Below, one piece after another: positions 1 through 16,529 of a DNA stretch of 64,000 nucleotides (its first letter is position 1; each line of letters opens with the position of its first letter). This DNA comes from the human T2T-CHM13v2.0 reference genome, Homo sapiens. Location of the stretch: assembly GCA_009914755.4 (NCBI GenBank), contig CP068257.2, forward strand, positions 36,384,001-36,448,000, in the 5' to 3' direction. A program made the translations under genes and the position numbers. The notes below the pieces were generated by a model, which had not been told where the DNA came from, did not search any database, and saw only the letters and a list, made by a program, of their open reading frames with translations.

Positions 1-559
1 CCTGGTCCCTCCTCAGTAGTCTCAAGGGATTCTATCCTGGTTCCAAGCACTCCCAAATCTGTACAAGGAAACTCCGTGGGTGAGGGGACTCAGGTCACTT
101 GGCGGGATTTAGTTTACCTGAATCTGTGATATCACATCCACCTGCCTGTCCCCTCAGCACCTTATCCAAGAACTCCTTTCACCTATGCGTGCTAATCCTC
201 TTGAGAATTCTGGTAAATTCAATTTTCTTCATTCCCCTGCTTTCCAGAAAGTTTTGCCTCCAATGGTGTGTTCCTTGCAGACCTGTTTCATGCAGCTCCA
301 CAGCCAACACCCCACTTCACACGGCATGCTGAGGATGCAGCATCACCTGGCCAGGGTTACATCTGCTTGGAGGCTGTTCAGGTGCTGAGAACTCTGGCAG
401 TGTCAGGGAAGCCCACGACAACCTCATAGCTGTGAGCCACAGCTCACACAAAAATTGTAGTAACATATTCTTCACATGTTCCTGCCTTTTCTCAAAGGTT
501 CCTCATGGTTTGGGTTATTTATTTTCTCAATGCTTTTATTTTTAAATAGTTATAGATCT

Positions 560-1865
560 GCAGGAATTTGCAAAGACAGTACAGAGAGATCCTGTGTATC
601 CTTCACCAGGTTTCCCTGATGATTACATCTTACCTACCTACAGCACTATATCAAAATTAGAATATTTATAATGGTGCAATGTATGCATATAGTTCCATGC
701 CATACAGAATTGTCCCATCAACATAAAGACCTCTCTTATACTATCCCTTTCTAGTCATTTCCTCCAATACTCTCTCCACTATCCCTCACCCCTTGGCAAA
801 CACTAATATGTTCATGTCTATAATTTTCTCTTTTCAAGAATGTTACATAAATGAAATCATATAGCATATGACTTGTTAAGATTGGCTTTTCCCAGCCTGG
901 ATACTGCCTTCGAGATCTATCCAAATTGTTACATGTATCAATACTTCCCTCCCTTTAATTGTTGGGAAGTATTCCATGGTATTAATCACAGTTTGCTAAA
1001 CCATTCACCTGTTGAGGGACGTTTTGATGGTTTTGAGTTTTTGGATATTACAAATAAAATTTCAATGAAAATTCATGTGTGGGTTTTTGTGTGGACATAA
1101 CTTCATTTCTCTAGGATAAATGCCCAGGCATGCCATTGCTGGGTTGTATGGTAAGTGTATATTTAGTTTGCTAGGAAACTGCCAAATTTTCCAGGGTGGC
1201 TGCACTATTTTAGATTCCCATCAGCAATGCTAGCATTTGGTGGTGTCATCATTTTATATTTTAGCTGTTTGGATAGATACATAGTGATATAAAGTGATAT
1301 AATGGTTTTAATTTGCATTTCTCTGATTGCTGATGATATTGAACACCTTTTTATGTGCTTATTTGCCATCTGCATAGTCTGTCTGGTGAAGTGTCCTTTC
1401 ACATCTTTTGCCTATTTTTGAATTGGATTGTTTTTTACTGTTAAATTTTTAGATTTCTTTCTATATTCTTAATATAGGTTCTTTGTCAGATAACATGGCT
1501 TGCAAATATTTTTCTCCCAAACTGCAGCTTGTTTTTTTTATCATTTTAGCAGGACTTTTCACAGAACAAATATTTTAAATTTTAATAAAGTCCAATTCAT
1601 AGATTTATTATTTTATTCACTGTGGTTTTACATCACGTCTAGAACTCGTTGCATAGCCCAGGTCATGAAGGTTTTTACTCTGTAATCCTATAAAAGTTTT
1701 ATAGTTTCACATTTTACCTTTAAATCTATGGTCGATTTTTAGTAAATTTCTGTGAACTGTGTGAGTTTTGGTTAAGGTTAATTTCCTTTTACCTATGGAT
1801 ATCCAATTGCCCCAGCAGCATTTGTTGAGAAAACCATCCTTCCTCCATTGATTTGAACTTTTATC
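560..1865 (-). mobile_element. Ancient L1 (L1M-type) 3' region (3'UTR plus ORF2 C-terminal part), antisense to + strand
   Basis: The + strand reads as the reverse complement of L1 ORF2/3'UTR motifs (e.g. 'tggttttaatttgcatttctctgat', 'gaatgttacataaatgaaatcatat...catgtatcaat', 'tatccaattgccccagcagcatttgttgag'). There are no long ORFs. The 5' boundary is uncertain. Confidence 0.6.
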
Positions 1866-4826
1866 AAAAAGTTTTGAATTTTGCCTTGACTGAACATGCA
1901 GTCCAAATTCGGATGCAGTAGACCATCAGCATCCAGTGAGAAACCACATTGAGACTCAGTGTCATTGTTGGTGCTCAGTGTATCATGGAGAAAACCTAAC
2001 ATCAAGAACAAGTTGTGATCAAAGTTGAATACAACAGGCTATTTACTGGCAGGCTGAGCATGTAGGAGAGGAATAGAGAATTACAGTTTGTAGACTGAAG
2101 AAAGCATTCTTACTAAGATGCTCCCAGTTAGATGCAAGTATCTTTTGAGGCTGTCAAACTGCTGGCTTGGGAACACTTGGTAGGTTCAGAAAAACAGCTG
2201 GTGCTTTGTGGAGCCAGTCCTCACGATGCAAAGTAAAACCAGTGAGCCCTTTTCTATGTTAACAATACTGCATTAACCTGGTCTGGAAAAGAGAAACGGT
2301 GATTTGAAAATTGCTCTTGCCATAATATCTCCCCAGAGAAGTACTGGAAACAGGCAACACCATTATTTTGTGCACAATTTATGAACTGAAGTGAGATTTA
2401 TGAGCAGGATGCAGTTTATCTGCTTGAGACATGGGATGCTGGATTTTCTGTGTGATGAGGTGAGCACCCTAACATGAACTTGTACATCACTTCTTCAAAT
2501 AAGCCTGAAGATGACTTCCCTTCTGGTTGACTTCCTCTCCTCTGGATACATTTCCTGATCTGGACATGGGACATAGAATCAATGTGCAGGGGCAGCCTTG
2601 GCCAAAATGAAGCACCCCCAGACGATCTGCTGAGGGATTTGACTGCCTGTGGACAAAGTGGTTGCCAGCCAGCCTCTGGAGTCTGTTGGCACAGCCCGCT
2701 CCATGGAAACCATCAGCAGCCTCTTGCTCAGACCAAGAGGGAATATCTGTTCAAAAGAGGCTCTCAGCAGTACTTAAATCTAGCAGAAAAATTAAAAATG
2801 TTCACGACCTGGCAGGTGGTCCATTTGAGCACCAAAGTGCCATTTAGCTTCCCAGGAAAAAAAAAAAATCTAGGTAGTAAGCGGAAGAATGTCCAGCAGG
2901 GAAGAAGATAAATTGGAAGGACACTGAAGGAGAAAGCAACTCCCAGGGACAGCTGCTCCATGTGACGCACTGAGGACCCACTCATTGTCATGGACACACG
3001 GGGTGCTGTGCTCACCTGTCATGAATAATTTGTGAACTCACACAGGACTCCTGCTCCACCATGTCTCCAGTGGCTCTCATGTGTTGGCCATATTTATTGA
3101 GTTCACTCCATGGGTCTGCTGAACAGACTGTAGACCGTAAGGCAATGGGATATTAGTGCAAAGAGAACAGAGACAGCTTTTGAAGACCAAGTTAGACTTG
3201 TGAAAGTTAGACTTGTGAAAGGGATCAAAGGGTTGTTTTAAAAGTATCTTTAAAAACTAGCATTTTTAAACCCTGAGAGGGGTGGCTAAAGATCTGTGTC
3301 AATTTCACAACCAAGTACTCTTATGACTTTAAGCCAATAACTTGACTTCTGTGGATCTCAGATTCATGTCTTTAAAGGTAGGAGGATGTAGGCTTAACTC
3401 ATGGAGCTGTCTGGAGAGATGCTTAGAGGTATCTGGAAAATAATCACATGGAAATCAGCTGAGGGCCCCCATCTTAGTGGATAGCAGGTACTGCCTCAGC
3501 TTCCCATTCCATTTATATGTTCATTTCCTTAACCCTACATATATTCCCACACATTTTAACCATGTGTCACGGGTGTATGAAGCTAGGAAGGCAACACTGG
3601 TGAGTTTGATTCATCAGGGGTCAGTTGGGCACCCACTGGGGAGTTGGCACTGGGCTTGGTGGGCACTCTGAGGGAAAAAACAGAAAATGACAAGATGCGG
3701 TTTCTGCCCCTGAAACATTTTCAAGCTCGTTATGAAGATAACACACTTGCCCAGGCACAGTGAAATAACTACACAGTGGGGTGTAATGCTTAATAGGATA
3801 AAAAGTCAAGCAAATGGAGTTATGAGGATCCAGGACTGTTTTCATGCTAGTCTGGCTCACAGAACGCTAGCAGGTTGTACTGACCTTCAGGACAAGCGTA
3901 AGTAAGACCTACGATGCTCGTTTGATCCCAACAGTTATCTCCCCTTTCTCAGTTCCTGTCTTCTCCCAGAGGGTGGCAGGTAGCTGGGGAAGAGATGACT
4001 GGGAGTGGAGAGGTGCCGCTGACCATTATGGTGGCAGCTACTCATTCAGGGTGCTCTCCTCCTAATTCTGCTGGAGAACACTATTTTGGGACAATTTGTC
4101 ATCTTGGCTGGAGGGTCCTTTCCTAAAGTCTAGCACTGATAGAACACAAGGACGTAAGTGCTGCCTTTTAACCAGGAAGGCGAAGGCAAACTTTTCTTTA
4201 AAGGAGAGAGTTGCAGGTAATCCCTGGTGTTTTTTTTTTTCAATAGTTAGCAACTGCAGGGGAAGGGAAAGGCTGTAACACCCTTCAGCTCAGACGCACA
4301 ATGGGAATATTAATTTGAGCAGTTTCCATTTCAGTCCCTTGTCATGTTAATTTTGAAGTCTGGTATACGCCCCTCAATTCTAGTTGATGATAAGCTCTAA
4401 AAGATGGCAAGATTGGTGAGGCCAAAATGCAGCTGACAAACTGAGCTTACTTAGAGATTTTCAAACTATTTGTAAGACTGGCATCTCCAATAACACTTTT
4501 GTCATTCCTGCCATTCAAACAGGAACTGTTCCCTGGAAGACCCTTAAATAAACCTGTGCTTTCAACCCACTCACCTGCCAGAGGTGGAGCCTGAAAGAAC
4601 TGGGGTGTGGGCTTATCATCCCAGTTGGGTCTCCTTTATTTCCCACTGGTGTTTTCTGACCATGCCAGGGAAAGCAAACAGTGGCTACATTCCAGCCCCT
4701 CCACAGTCAACTAAGTTTCATTCTTCCCTCTGGCTGAGGGTCTGTTGGAGGTGAGCCCAGGATCCCTGAGGCTGCTACAGTTGTGTCCCTCTGTCCCTTT
4801 GAGGTCTACCCAGCAGATGTCTTCTA

Positions 4827-5095
4827 CAGGGAAATGCAAATCAAAACCAGAGTGAGATACTACTTCCCACCCACTAGGATGGCTAGAATAGAAAAGACAG
4901 ATGGGAACAATTGTTGACCAAGATGTAGATAAATTGGGACCCTCATAGATTCCTGGTGGGAATGTAGTGTGGTGAAGCTGCTTTAGAAAACAGTCTGGAA
5001 GTTCCTCCAAAGGTTAAACATAGGTTTATTACCTGACCCCTCAATTCCACCTCTTGGTGTATACCCAGGAGAAATGAAAACCTATTCTCTTCTAA
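4827..5095 (+). mobile_element. L1 ORF2-derived fragment (old L1M/L1PB-like)
   Basis: Carries 'gggaaatgcaaatcaaaaccag...cccactaggatggctagaat...ggttaaacatag...atacccaggagaaatgaaaac', which are hallmark L1 ORF2 C-terminal motifs. Confidence 0.7.
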
Positions 5096-7102
5096 GGTGC
5101 TGGAAAAGCTGTTCAGGAGCGATTACAGCTATTACCCATGTAGGCAGACAGTGTGCATTCACACATTTAATTCATTTATTCAACAAAATATTGAGTGTCT
5201 ACTATGTGTCAGGCACTGAGAAGCAGTAGTGAACAGAATGGATAAAAAGCTGTGCCCTCATTTACCTCACTGCACTGTGGGGAGGAGGAACAGACCATCA
5301 GCAACATAAGTAGGTCATGGAATAGGTTAGACAGGTTCTGGGGTTAGGGGAGACACAGCTATTTTAAATATGATGATCAGGGAAGTCCTCACTGAAAAAG
5401 ATGTAATTTGAATGATGACCCAAAGGATGTGCAGGAGATAGTCAGGCAGGCATCTAGAGGAAGAATGTTCTAGACAGAGGGCCATCGAGTGCAGTGTCTC
5501 TGAGGTGGGACTGTGTGTGTGCCTGGCATGCTTCAGGGACAGCAAAGCCAGAGGAGCTGGATGTGAGCAGGTGGGTGTGGCTGTCTGAGGGTTATGACTT
5601 CTGCTCTGAATGAAATGGGTTCCGGAGGAATGACATGAAGCTTTTCCTGTTACTTAGGCTTTAAAAGGATCACTCAGGCTACTTTGTGGGGAAGAGCTGC
5701 TTGCTTACTGGTAGTGGGGAAGCATGAAGACAGACCAGTTAGGAGTCTGTTGCAAGAATCTAGTGAGAAATAATGACATCTGAACCACACGATAGCAGTG
5801 GAAGTAGTGACTTGAAGGATTTCTACCAATGCTCGTGGAAGACAGGAGATGGGTGAAGTGATGTGATGTTATGTCGTAGAAAATCTGGGTAAATAAAATC
5901 AAGATAGATCAAGGAATAATGAAAAGAGAGATGGACTTATGGGCAGGATGCTTGATATTTATATACAGCAGAGGTAAGTGGCTGGTATCCTAGTCAAAAC
6001 ATTGTAGCTGTCAATCTACCCTAAAATTACAGAACTAACCCAGTTGCTGGGCTCATTATTAATAATGGCAGAAAGCAACATAAGCAAATTGAGAGGATAA
6101 AATTGCTTTATTGGTTTGGCTTCCAAATCATGGAGAGCAAAACATCACAACAATTCAGTGAGCAAACACACAGAGGTGCTTCTAAACCATGAGGCAGAAA
6201 ACCATTTATGTTTATTTTCATAATTGGTTTTCTGGATAGGCCAAAAATATAACAGCACCATTCCCTTCTATAGCATGAGGGAAAATCAAGATTTCTTTTT
6301 TTTCCTCTTCTATGTTCATTTCCTTCTTCCTCCAGTCACTCTTTTTGATTGCTATGATTGTATCCTTGGATGGCTCAATTGCAGTCTGTTGAAATTAAAG
6401 AAAAAGATTCTACGAAAAACTATAAAATGGACAGGTCTGGAAGAACCTCTTTTTCTAAGGCTATGTGTCATAAAACGTACGTATTTACTTTATAAAATAC
6501 ATTTCTTGATTGAATTTAAAATATGTTTTCGTTGTTAGAACTTTGATTTCCTTGCAGGTTTTCAGAAGCACATTACTTCAAATCCTACGAGCCCACTGTA
6601 GGTGATGAGAATATAAGCAGTGAACAAAACATAAAACCCTGGCTTTACAGACTCATAGCCTAGTGGGGGAGAGAGAAATGCACAGATAAATAAGAACAAT
6701 AGATAGTATGTTTGGTGATGAGTACTACAGAGAAAGGAAAAGCAAAGATGGGGGTGAGGAGCTCCAGGTAGTGGGGTGGTTGTCAGGTAAATGAGGTGGG
6801 CAGGGAAGGCTCCTCTGAGAACCTTTTATCTGAGTAATGACTTCGAGGAAGTGAAGGAGACATGCAGACATCTGGGAGAAGAGGGAATAGCAGATGCACA
6901 GGTCTCAAGGCAGGAGGATTGTCAAAGAGGCCCCCATGGTTGGGATGGAGCGAGTGAACTGGGGGTAGTAGGAGATGAGGTCAGGTCAGTGACGGGGAGC
7001 AGGGCAGATTGAATAGCAAGCCAAGAAATCAAAGTTCTCACAATTTCCCTCTCTAGTGAGAAGGAATGCCAGAAGAGAAACGAGATATGTTTAAAAGGAT
7101 TG

Positions 7103-8405
<1,303 letters not shown>

Positions 8406-9604
8406 CCACTCTGGCTGCTCTATAAAGAATCTTGTACAGGACTTACAAGCAGGGGGGGCAGGATCTTACTGAAGAGGCTGCTGCATTAATGCAGGATGGT
8501 GGCGGTGGAAGTGAGAGAAGTGGTCAGATTCTGGCTGTTTTAACAGTGGAGCCGGAAGGCTTTGCCGGTGGGCTGGATGTGGGGTGTGAAGGAGATGGCT
8601 GCCTTATTGTTCCATTGGGAAGCCTGCATTGAGGCAGAGAGGAGCCAGAGATCTGGAGTGAATCCATAAATGAACAAATTTATGGCCCTCCTCTATGGAG
8701 AAGGCAGTATGCTCCAGGAGGTAAAAGGAGACAGACTCCAGTCCTTGCCTCAAGAAAGTTACACTCTGTAGATTTCAGCACAGTAACACAAAAAAGTTAA
8801 ACGAGTATGACATTGTGATAAGTGTTTCAGACAACACCAGAAGAGATATTGCAGGAACATAAACTAGTGGTTGCCATAGGAATTCGAATATATGACTCTT
8901 GGCTGGAATAGCCCCAGAGCGGAGGGCTGAATGGAGGACGATAATGGCACACAGAGATGAGGGAGGGAGCCACAGGAAAACTGCATTTCAGGAGTCGGGA
9001 AGTAGACCACTTTGGCTGAAATCAATTTCATGTGGAGATGCCAAGGGAGATAAGGTTGAGAAAAGCAGAAAACAATTCCCTTTTAAAACACAGAGAATAC
9101 TTGTTCATCACTTGACTGATCACAAGAATGAGCTGAGCAATTTTGTTATAGATCATAAACCAATTGCCCGCTTGCACAAGATTTAATACGAGGAAGACCT
9201 ACTGGCTTTCTCTGATGATGAGATGATAAACAATAGACATGACAGATTGCCTAGAAAATGAGACATAATAATGAGAGTCAAACGCTGTTATTAAATCCGT
9301 GTGAAGGGGGAATCAGGAGGATAAGAAACCACTGTTAATGATGGTGAGAAAACTGTGATCCAAAATGGCCTGAGGGGATTTTTGTTTTCACATGTGTGAA
9401 TTCAATAAATTATGAGACTGTCAAATAGGTCCATTAAAACCATTAAGTATACTCAAGCTACATATGAAACTACGTGCTCTTCTTTCAGAAAAAGCAAACA
9501 AGATGGCCTTGTGATTTTTTAATGAATAATAGACATTCATTTAGATTTTTTTTTCCTCTTGTGATAGATATTCCATGCTCAGGTACTGGCAATGATCATT
9601 ATAG

Positions 9605-9805
9605 CCCAGATGTTAGGAGCTCATGTCTTAGAATGAGGATGTCTCTGTTCAAATTCCAGCTTCTTGTTTTACTGCCATTTAATCTCTCCGTGCCTCAGTT
9701 TCTTCATTTGTAAAATGAGGATGATGTTGACAGCAATACTCACTTTATGGGGTTGCTGGGAGGTACCATTTGTACAGCACTTGGAGTAGTTAGCTCCTGC
9801 CGTTT
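9605..9805 (+). mobile_element. MIR (ancient tRNA-derived SINE) fragment
   Basis: Carries 'ctctccgtgcctcagtttcttcatttgtaaaatgaggat...cactttatggggttgctgggagg', which matches the MIR core ('ctctctgtgcctcagtttcctcatctgtaaaatgggga...'). Confidence 0.6.
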
Positions 9806-10187
9806 ATCAACACTCCAAAAATGTTAGCTGTGAACTGAAAGCCTGCTTTTCTACCTATTCATCACTTTCTGCCCACTTTTGTTGTAGCTAAGCAGTGTGT
9901 TTCTTCCTTATTACAAATGTCCTTGCACCTCTTGTTGATGGAGCACCAGTTTTTCTAGAATGAGGGGCTGCTTTTCATTTCCAGCAGCACAATCAGTGGC
10001 TGGAAAAGGGAGAGAGAAACCCCAGACAAAACCCACCTGATGCATCACAGATGCTGCAGACCGAGGCCTGGAGAAAAAAAGGGGGACTTGATTCCCTTTG
10101 ATATTGGGAGAAGTCTGTTTCCCAAGCTGTGGCCACTGAAACGAAACTGCTGAGATCCCCATACCTAAGAAGGAACTTTTGGACACA

Positions 10188-10392
10188 GGAAGGGGAACAT
10201 CACACACCGGGGACTGTTGTGGGGTGGGGGGAGAGGGGAGGGATAGCATTAGGAGATATACCTAATGCTAAATGACGAGTTAATGGGTGCAGCACACCAA
10301 CATGGCACATGTATACATATGTAACAAACCTGCACGTTGTGCACACATACCCTAAAACTTAAAGTATAATAATAATAAAATTAAAAAAAAAA
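10188..10392 (+). mobile_element. L1PA-type 3' end (strongly 5'-truncated, ~200 bp) with poly(A)
   Basis: Carries '...ggggaacatcacacaccggggactgttgtggggtggggggagaggggagggatagcattaggagatatacctaatgctaaatgacgagttaatgggtgcagcacaccaacatggcacatgtatacatatgtaacaaacctgcacgttgtgcacacataccctaaaacttaaagtataataataataaaattaaaaaaaaaa'. A 17-bp TSD 'gaaggaacttttggaca' lies on both sides (10171-10187 and 10395-10411). Confidence 0.85.
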
Positions 10393-11149
10393 GAAGAAGG
10401 AACTTTTGGACAATAGGCGTTCTTCCATTATAGGATGAAAGGGTAGGTGGGGCTGGAAGTATACTCAGCAGTGGACACTCTTTTCCCCACAAGGAGCTTT
10501 TTTACTTTTAAAAACTAAAACTGAAATGAATTGTTATAAAATATCACATCATATTAAAATATAAAATATTTTATATTGAAACATATATTCAATATATCTT
10601 GGCACTCTGTATATGAAATATTATATCATACCTGATGATATCATAAAATATCATTTTAAATTATATTAATACAAGTTTGTTTTATAAAACCTAAAAAATA
10701 ACCAAGAAATAAAGCAGGGAAAAAAACCTTGATGACTGCTTCTCAGAAGCTTGCTTATACGATTTCCCCTTTTGAAAATTAAGTTTTTTTTCAGAATACT
10801 CTGTTTTCTTAGTTATCAATGTGTGAGTACAGGTCAAATGACTTATAATGAAAATTGTTAATATGGAAAGTTTTGTATTTCCTTAGGCTGAGTTTTTTTA
10901 ATAAATAAACTTAAAATTTGGAAGAGTTCTAGATTTACGGAAAAGTTGCAAAGAGAGTGTTGAGAGCTCCCCTTGGATCTCCCTCACCCAGGTTCTGTTC
11001 CCTTAATGTGACCGTCTTATGTCACCACAGGGCACTCGTTGAATCTGAGAAACCAAGCTTGTTGAAACTAAACTAAATGGGCTTCAGATATAGGTTTACC
11101 TTTGGATCACTGCAATATCTCCCTCCTCACCCATCTTTCAGATTAGTAA

Positions 11150-11415
<266 letters not shown>

Positions 11416-11425
11416 AGATTAGTAG

Positions 11426-11649
<224 letters not shown>

Positions 11650-14600
11650 ACAGATTAGTAGTTTTTAAAGGTCTTATATCTCTCATTCTTGAATACAATA
11701 TAATTACCTAATTTAAATCACTTGTTTCAAATTTCTGGAACTCATTTTCGCTGCGAAAGAATACTAGCCATGATTATCAAATATGTGCTTTTATCTGTGG
11801 TAGTTTAAGCAGAATAACTAAGCAACAATACAATAGGCCCTCCTCCTGGGGTTACTGTGTAATCCACATATTGAGGTGCCCAACAAAACAGAGTCCTTAA
11901 ATGTCTTACAGTTATGGTTCTTTCTTTATTCTACATTTTTTAAAACGATGAAGAAGGAAGGCTGTATCAGAGTCCTGGTAGAAAACATGACACACTCAAG
12001 TGAAGCAACCGAGGACACGTTAAGACATTTATTCACAGAGCTACGGGCAAGTGGAAGGAGACTCTTGGGGTAGTGCAGTACTTTGGAGCTAGCAAGAGTG
12101 GGGAGCTGTTAGGATTCCTAGGCTTGGGAGGAGCAACTGCAAAAAATGATGGCAACATATATGCAAACAGACATCAACAGTTAGGTCTGTATTCTCAAAC
12201 AGACTTCAAAAGTAATTTAACACAATTGTTCGTGTGTCCTTCAGTCTAGACACTGTTATTCACATCAGCTGTGCAGGACTGAACAAAGAGAGAAATCAGA
12301 ACTTCTGGCAAAATAAAGGGATAACATGTCTCGTTCAACTTGAGAATCACAATTCCCCTGCTGTTTCTGGTAAATGCTATGCCTCATGGAAGCTGGTCAG
12401 AGCTTTGTCAGGCTTTCTAGAATTAGTATAGTCAGCATCTTTGCTGCAGAATAAGCTGTCCCTGCTTCATTATGCAAGCTGCACTGTGAATGTTTGCTGT
12501 GACGCTGCCGTCCTCAGTGCCTGATGCTGGTTTTGCATTTGAGTTTCATTCTTTTTCTGTATTCATGCGGTTGGGAGTTGTTTCCTGCATAACAGCACCA
12601 TTAACAGCTACACCTCATTTTCTATCAATTCCTTAAGATTTGGATGGAAGAAATTCCTAAATCACATTCCTTGTCAGACAGTTTGCATGTCAGTTTAAGG
12701 TCATTAAATCCACCATGATTTCTGAAATTTCTCTTTTGCTCTTCAGTTTGTGAACATGGATTTGTAAGTCACCATTCCAACCAGGATGCATACACTGAAA
12801 TGCATATCCAGATTAATAACAGGCTAGGAAGAATAATGAGTTCTCTCTCTCTTCATTCATTCACACATTTGTGTTTAGACAAAGACATTTTGGACCAAAT
12901 CATCTATAACTGACTGAAACTCCGTTTTGATTGTCTTAATAAGAAATGAATTTGTAGAACATTTTAAGGGCTTTATTAATAGGTTATAAGTTTACGATAA
13001 AAGCAAAATAACTTAAAATTTTTTAAAAGGTTGAAAAAGAATGTATTACTAGGCTTATAGGTTAGATAAATATGAAAATATGAAAAATTTGAAGAGATCA
13101 TATTCAAAATAAATTAAGAAACCAATTTTTATGTTAAATGATTAATAAATGAGTTGGTGTCTGTATGGGGGAGTTTTCTTTTGGTGTGCAATAGCGCTTG
13201 TCTTCAATATTATCAACAAATACTCTGGAAACAGGTATCAGTGACACCCAAAATATTACCAGCAGCAATAGTAAACATAAGTGACAGTGAGTAAGTGCTA
13301 ACCATGCCCCAGCTGTGTGCAGAGGACTCTGTAGGATGATCTCACTTAATACCCACAGAACATAGGTCTTGTAATGAACCTATTATTATCCAAGGGAATG
13401 GAGGCAAAGAACGGAAGTATACCCAAGATGGCAAAGGGTTGGAGCAAAAATCTGGACCCAGTTTTTCTGATTCCATTGCCCAGGCTCCTAACCACAAGAC
13501 TCTGCTCTTGCCCAGTGATTCAAATTCGTGCTTGCTTTGCAGCTGGGATCGAGGCAGGGGATGTCTGTGAGAATCTGGGCCACCCTGAATGAGAACAGGA
13601 ATCCTTCAAAATGAAACTTATCATGATTCACTACTTCATGAAGCTGCCCTGGCATCCTAAAACTCTCCTCGCAAATATAGAGAAGTGAGAAGTTTTTCAG
13701 CAATGACATCTACAAAAAAGACTAGAGGGTCTAATGATTAACATTTTTGAAATGAGTTCATTGTATGATTTGGCTGCTATAAGTGCTAGACAGCATATGG
13801 GAATGTGTTTTATAAGCCATAAGTCACTACAAAATGTCACATGTACGTATATGCTGTAATGATAGGTGTTGATTCTGCTATAAAGCTAGGGACCACATGT
13901 GGGAAAGTGTTCTGTAAATCATAAATTACTATACAATGTCAAATATGTATATGCATGTGCCATTGATAGATATTGACTCTCAGAAGAAGGAAATGAAGCA
14001 TGTCTTCTTGGGAAGGGAGGTTGGAGGGATTGATTGTCTCCTCTATGAGTCATCATCCCTATTTGTTTCTGAAAGATTTGGCGTGGTCTGTCTGGACATG
14101 AAGCATGGGGACAGAAAAGCAATAAGAAGGGAGGGAGAATCTCTCTCAACAGGTCTTGCTGAAGGCTGGCATCACACCCCAGGGGCCTAGGCAGTGTGTA
14201 AAGCTGATTTATTTCTCTGGTAAGTTGCTTTTATTCATAGATTGTTCTCTTGCTGAGTAATCCCTCAGTGGAGGTGATGTCTGTTACCACAGCTCATCAC
14301 TGACTCTTTCTGCAGACCTCAGGAGCCCTCAATCCCTGTGGCTTCTCTTGCCAAGGGCAATTTGTCCTAATGTCCCAATCAAACAGTGTTATGGTTCCCC
14401 GCAGGGCAGATGGACCCCCACCCAAAGTTTGTTTTGAATGCGCAGACAGAGGTGCACATAATCCAATCCATACACAATCCAAGAGGGCACGAAAAGCATT
14501 GCAACTTACATAATTGTGGTCTCTGGGGAGGGCAGAGTGGGCCTCTCAAACAGGCTAAAATGGCTTAGAGAATAGGAAAGGACACTGACCTGGTGGTTAA

Positions 14601-15540
14601 GGGATAGAGCAGGCTGAAAGAGCCCTCTAGTGAGCCAGTGGGCACATGCTTGCATGGTTTGAACCTCCGGGCAGTGCCAACAGAGGGAGGCCCCAGGCTT
14701 TCTTTGCAGCTTGTCCAGGTGTGGGGCACAAGGAAGAAGAAGGGGAAGCCCCAAAGCTAAAGCCAAGCAGACTCCTCATCTACCAGCAGGCTCTACACCA
14801 TGCATGCCAGGCAAGTGGTGGGATTCTTGCAGGTGACCTTTTCCTGGGCGGCAGGCCCATCCCGACACAGCCACCTTGCCTCAGAATCCTCTGGAAGAAG
14901 CCAGCCAGCTGGTCTTTAGAACCTTGGAAGTCTTAGGAAAAATCAGACCTATGTGTTGCCCCTTGTCCCTTGCCCTTTTTCTCTTGGTAAAGAAATTCTC
15001 TTCAAAGCCCTTCCTGTCTTCACACACACCCACCCTTGAACACCTGTGGTGACGAGGAACTCATGGGGATTGTATCTGCTTTTCATTTTGGGACTACATC
15101 TGTTGAGATTTGCTTCTTGGTCTGGCATTTTAGTTTGGAACTGCATAACTATTGTACCTTGGAGGAACATTTTAATATCCTGCTACAGTTGTTTACTTAT
15201 TACTTATTACTGGCTTCTTGCTTATTACATAATTTATCCTTCAATTACTTCTCAAAGGGATTAGAGAAGATTGACAACATGGAAATTCATATGCTGTCAT
15301 CCAGTTTCAAGTACAGTCAGCATTCTCCTCCCAGTGGGAAATGGCTTTGATGTTCCTCATGGTTTCTCAAAGACACCAATGGATGTACTCAAGAGGGTGA
15401 TAACTATGTCTATGGTAAATATATTTCTTAAAGCTTTATTTAAAATGAATTATTTTTAATCAGGTAACTTAGGTATATTCCAGTATCATCAATAGAGCTT
15501 TTTCTCTGTGTGTGGTTTTCCTTTTGTTTTGTTTTGTTTC

Positions 15541-15690
15541 TTTTTTAAGAGATAGGATCTCGCTCTATTACCCAGGCTGGAGTGCAGTGGTGCAATCCTA
15601 GCTCACTGCAGCCTCAAACTCCTTGGCTCAAGCAATCCTCTCAACTCAGCCTCTCAAAAGTAGCTGGGACTAGAGGTGCAAGCCGCTGCA
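15541..15690 (-). mobile_element. Alu right-monomer fragment (old, AluJ/FRAM-like)
   Basis: Carries 'ttttttaagagataggatctcgctctattacccaggctggagtgcagtggtgcaatcctagctcactgcagcctcaaactccttggctcaagcaatcctc...agctgggactagaggtgcaagccgctgc'. Confidence 0.8.
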
Positions 15691-16166
15691 CTTGGTAAAC
15701 AGAGCATTTTTTTTTTTTAAGAAAAAAATTGATGTGCCTGGATCCACCCTCAGGTATTCTATTTTAGTAGGTATGGAATATATCTAGTATATCTAGGTAT
15801 TTTCATTGACCATCAAAAGCTGCACAGGTGATTCTGATGCATGCCCTGGTTCAAACCTATCCCTCCCCAAACCATAACTTATCTAATTAGTCTATCTCTG
15901 CAGATCCAATCTTCTTTACCTTTTTTGTTTTTAAATCTAGAATTCTACAAATAAATGAAACATTTCTCAGCGTGTCTTACCCATGCTGGACAATATGTCT
16001 CAGTTATTTCACTATTTGTCTCAGGGAAAGGTTTTCTGATGATGGCAAATAGAATAGGGAATCTCACAGTATGAGTAGGATAGAAGTATTGAGCCGCAAG
16101 GGAGTGCCCTATTTTGTATATGTCTGTCCTTATCTTCCAATTCTAATGAAAAATGCCCTGCCCCTC

Positions 16167-16529
16167 TGATATGGTTTGGCTCTGTGTCCTCACCCAAATC
16201 TCATCTTGTAGCTCCCATAATTCTCACGTGTTGTGAGAGGGAGCCGGTGGGAGATGATTGAATCATGGGGGAATTCTTTCCCATGCTTTTCTCATGATAG
16301 TGAATGGGTCTCACAAGGCACGATTGTTTTAAAAACAGGAGTTTCTCTGCACAAGCTCTTTTTGCCTGCTGCCATCTACTTAAGATGTAACTTGCTCCTC
16401 CTTGCCTTCTGCCGTGGTTGTTAGGCCTCCCCAGCCATTTGGATCTGTAAGTCCAATAAACCTCTTTCTTTTGTAAATTGCCCAGTCTAAGGTATGTCTT
16501 TATCAGCAGCATGAGAACAGACTAATACA
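16167..16529 (+). mobile_element. THE1 5' LTR
   Basis: Starts TG and ends CA. It matches the THE1 LTR consensus that I recall: 'tgatatggtttggctgtgtccccacccaaatctcatcttgaattgtagctcccataattcccacgtgttgtgggagggacccagtgggaggtaattgaatcatggggg...gtatgtctttattagcagcgtgagaacggactaataca'. Confidence 0.8.

Noticed and set aside
5150-5950. Possible MER/DNA-transposon around 'tcattcacacatttaattcatttattcaacaaaatattgagtgtctactatgtgtcaggcactgag'
   Set aside because: The motif resembles a common ancient repeat tail, but I could not assign boundaries or a family from memory with any confidence.
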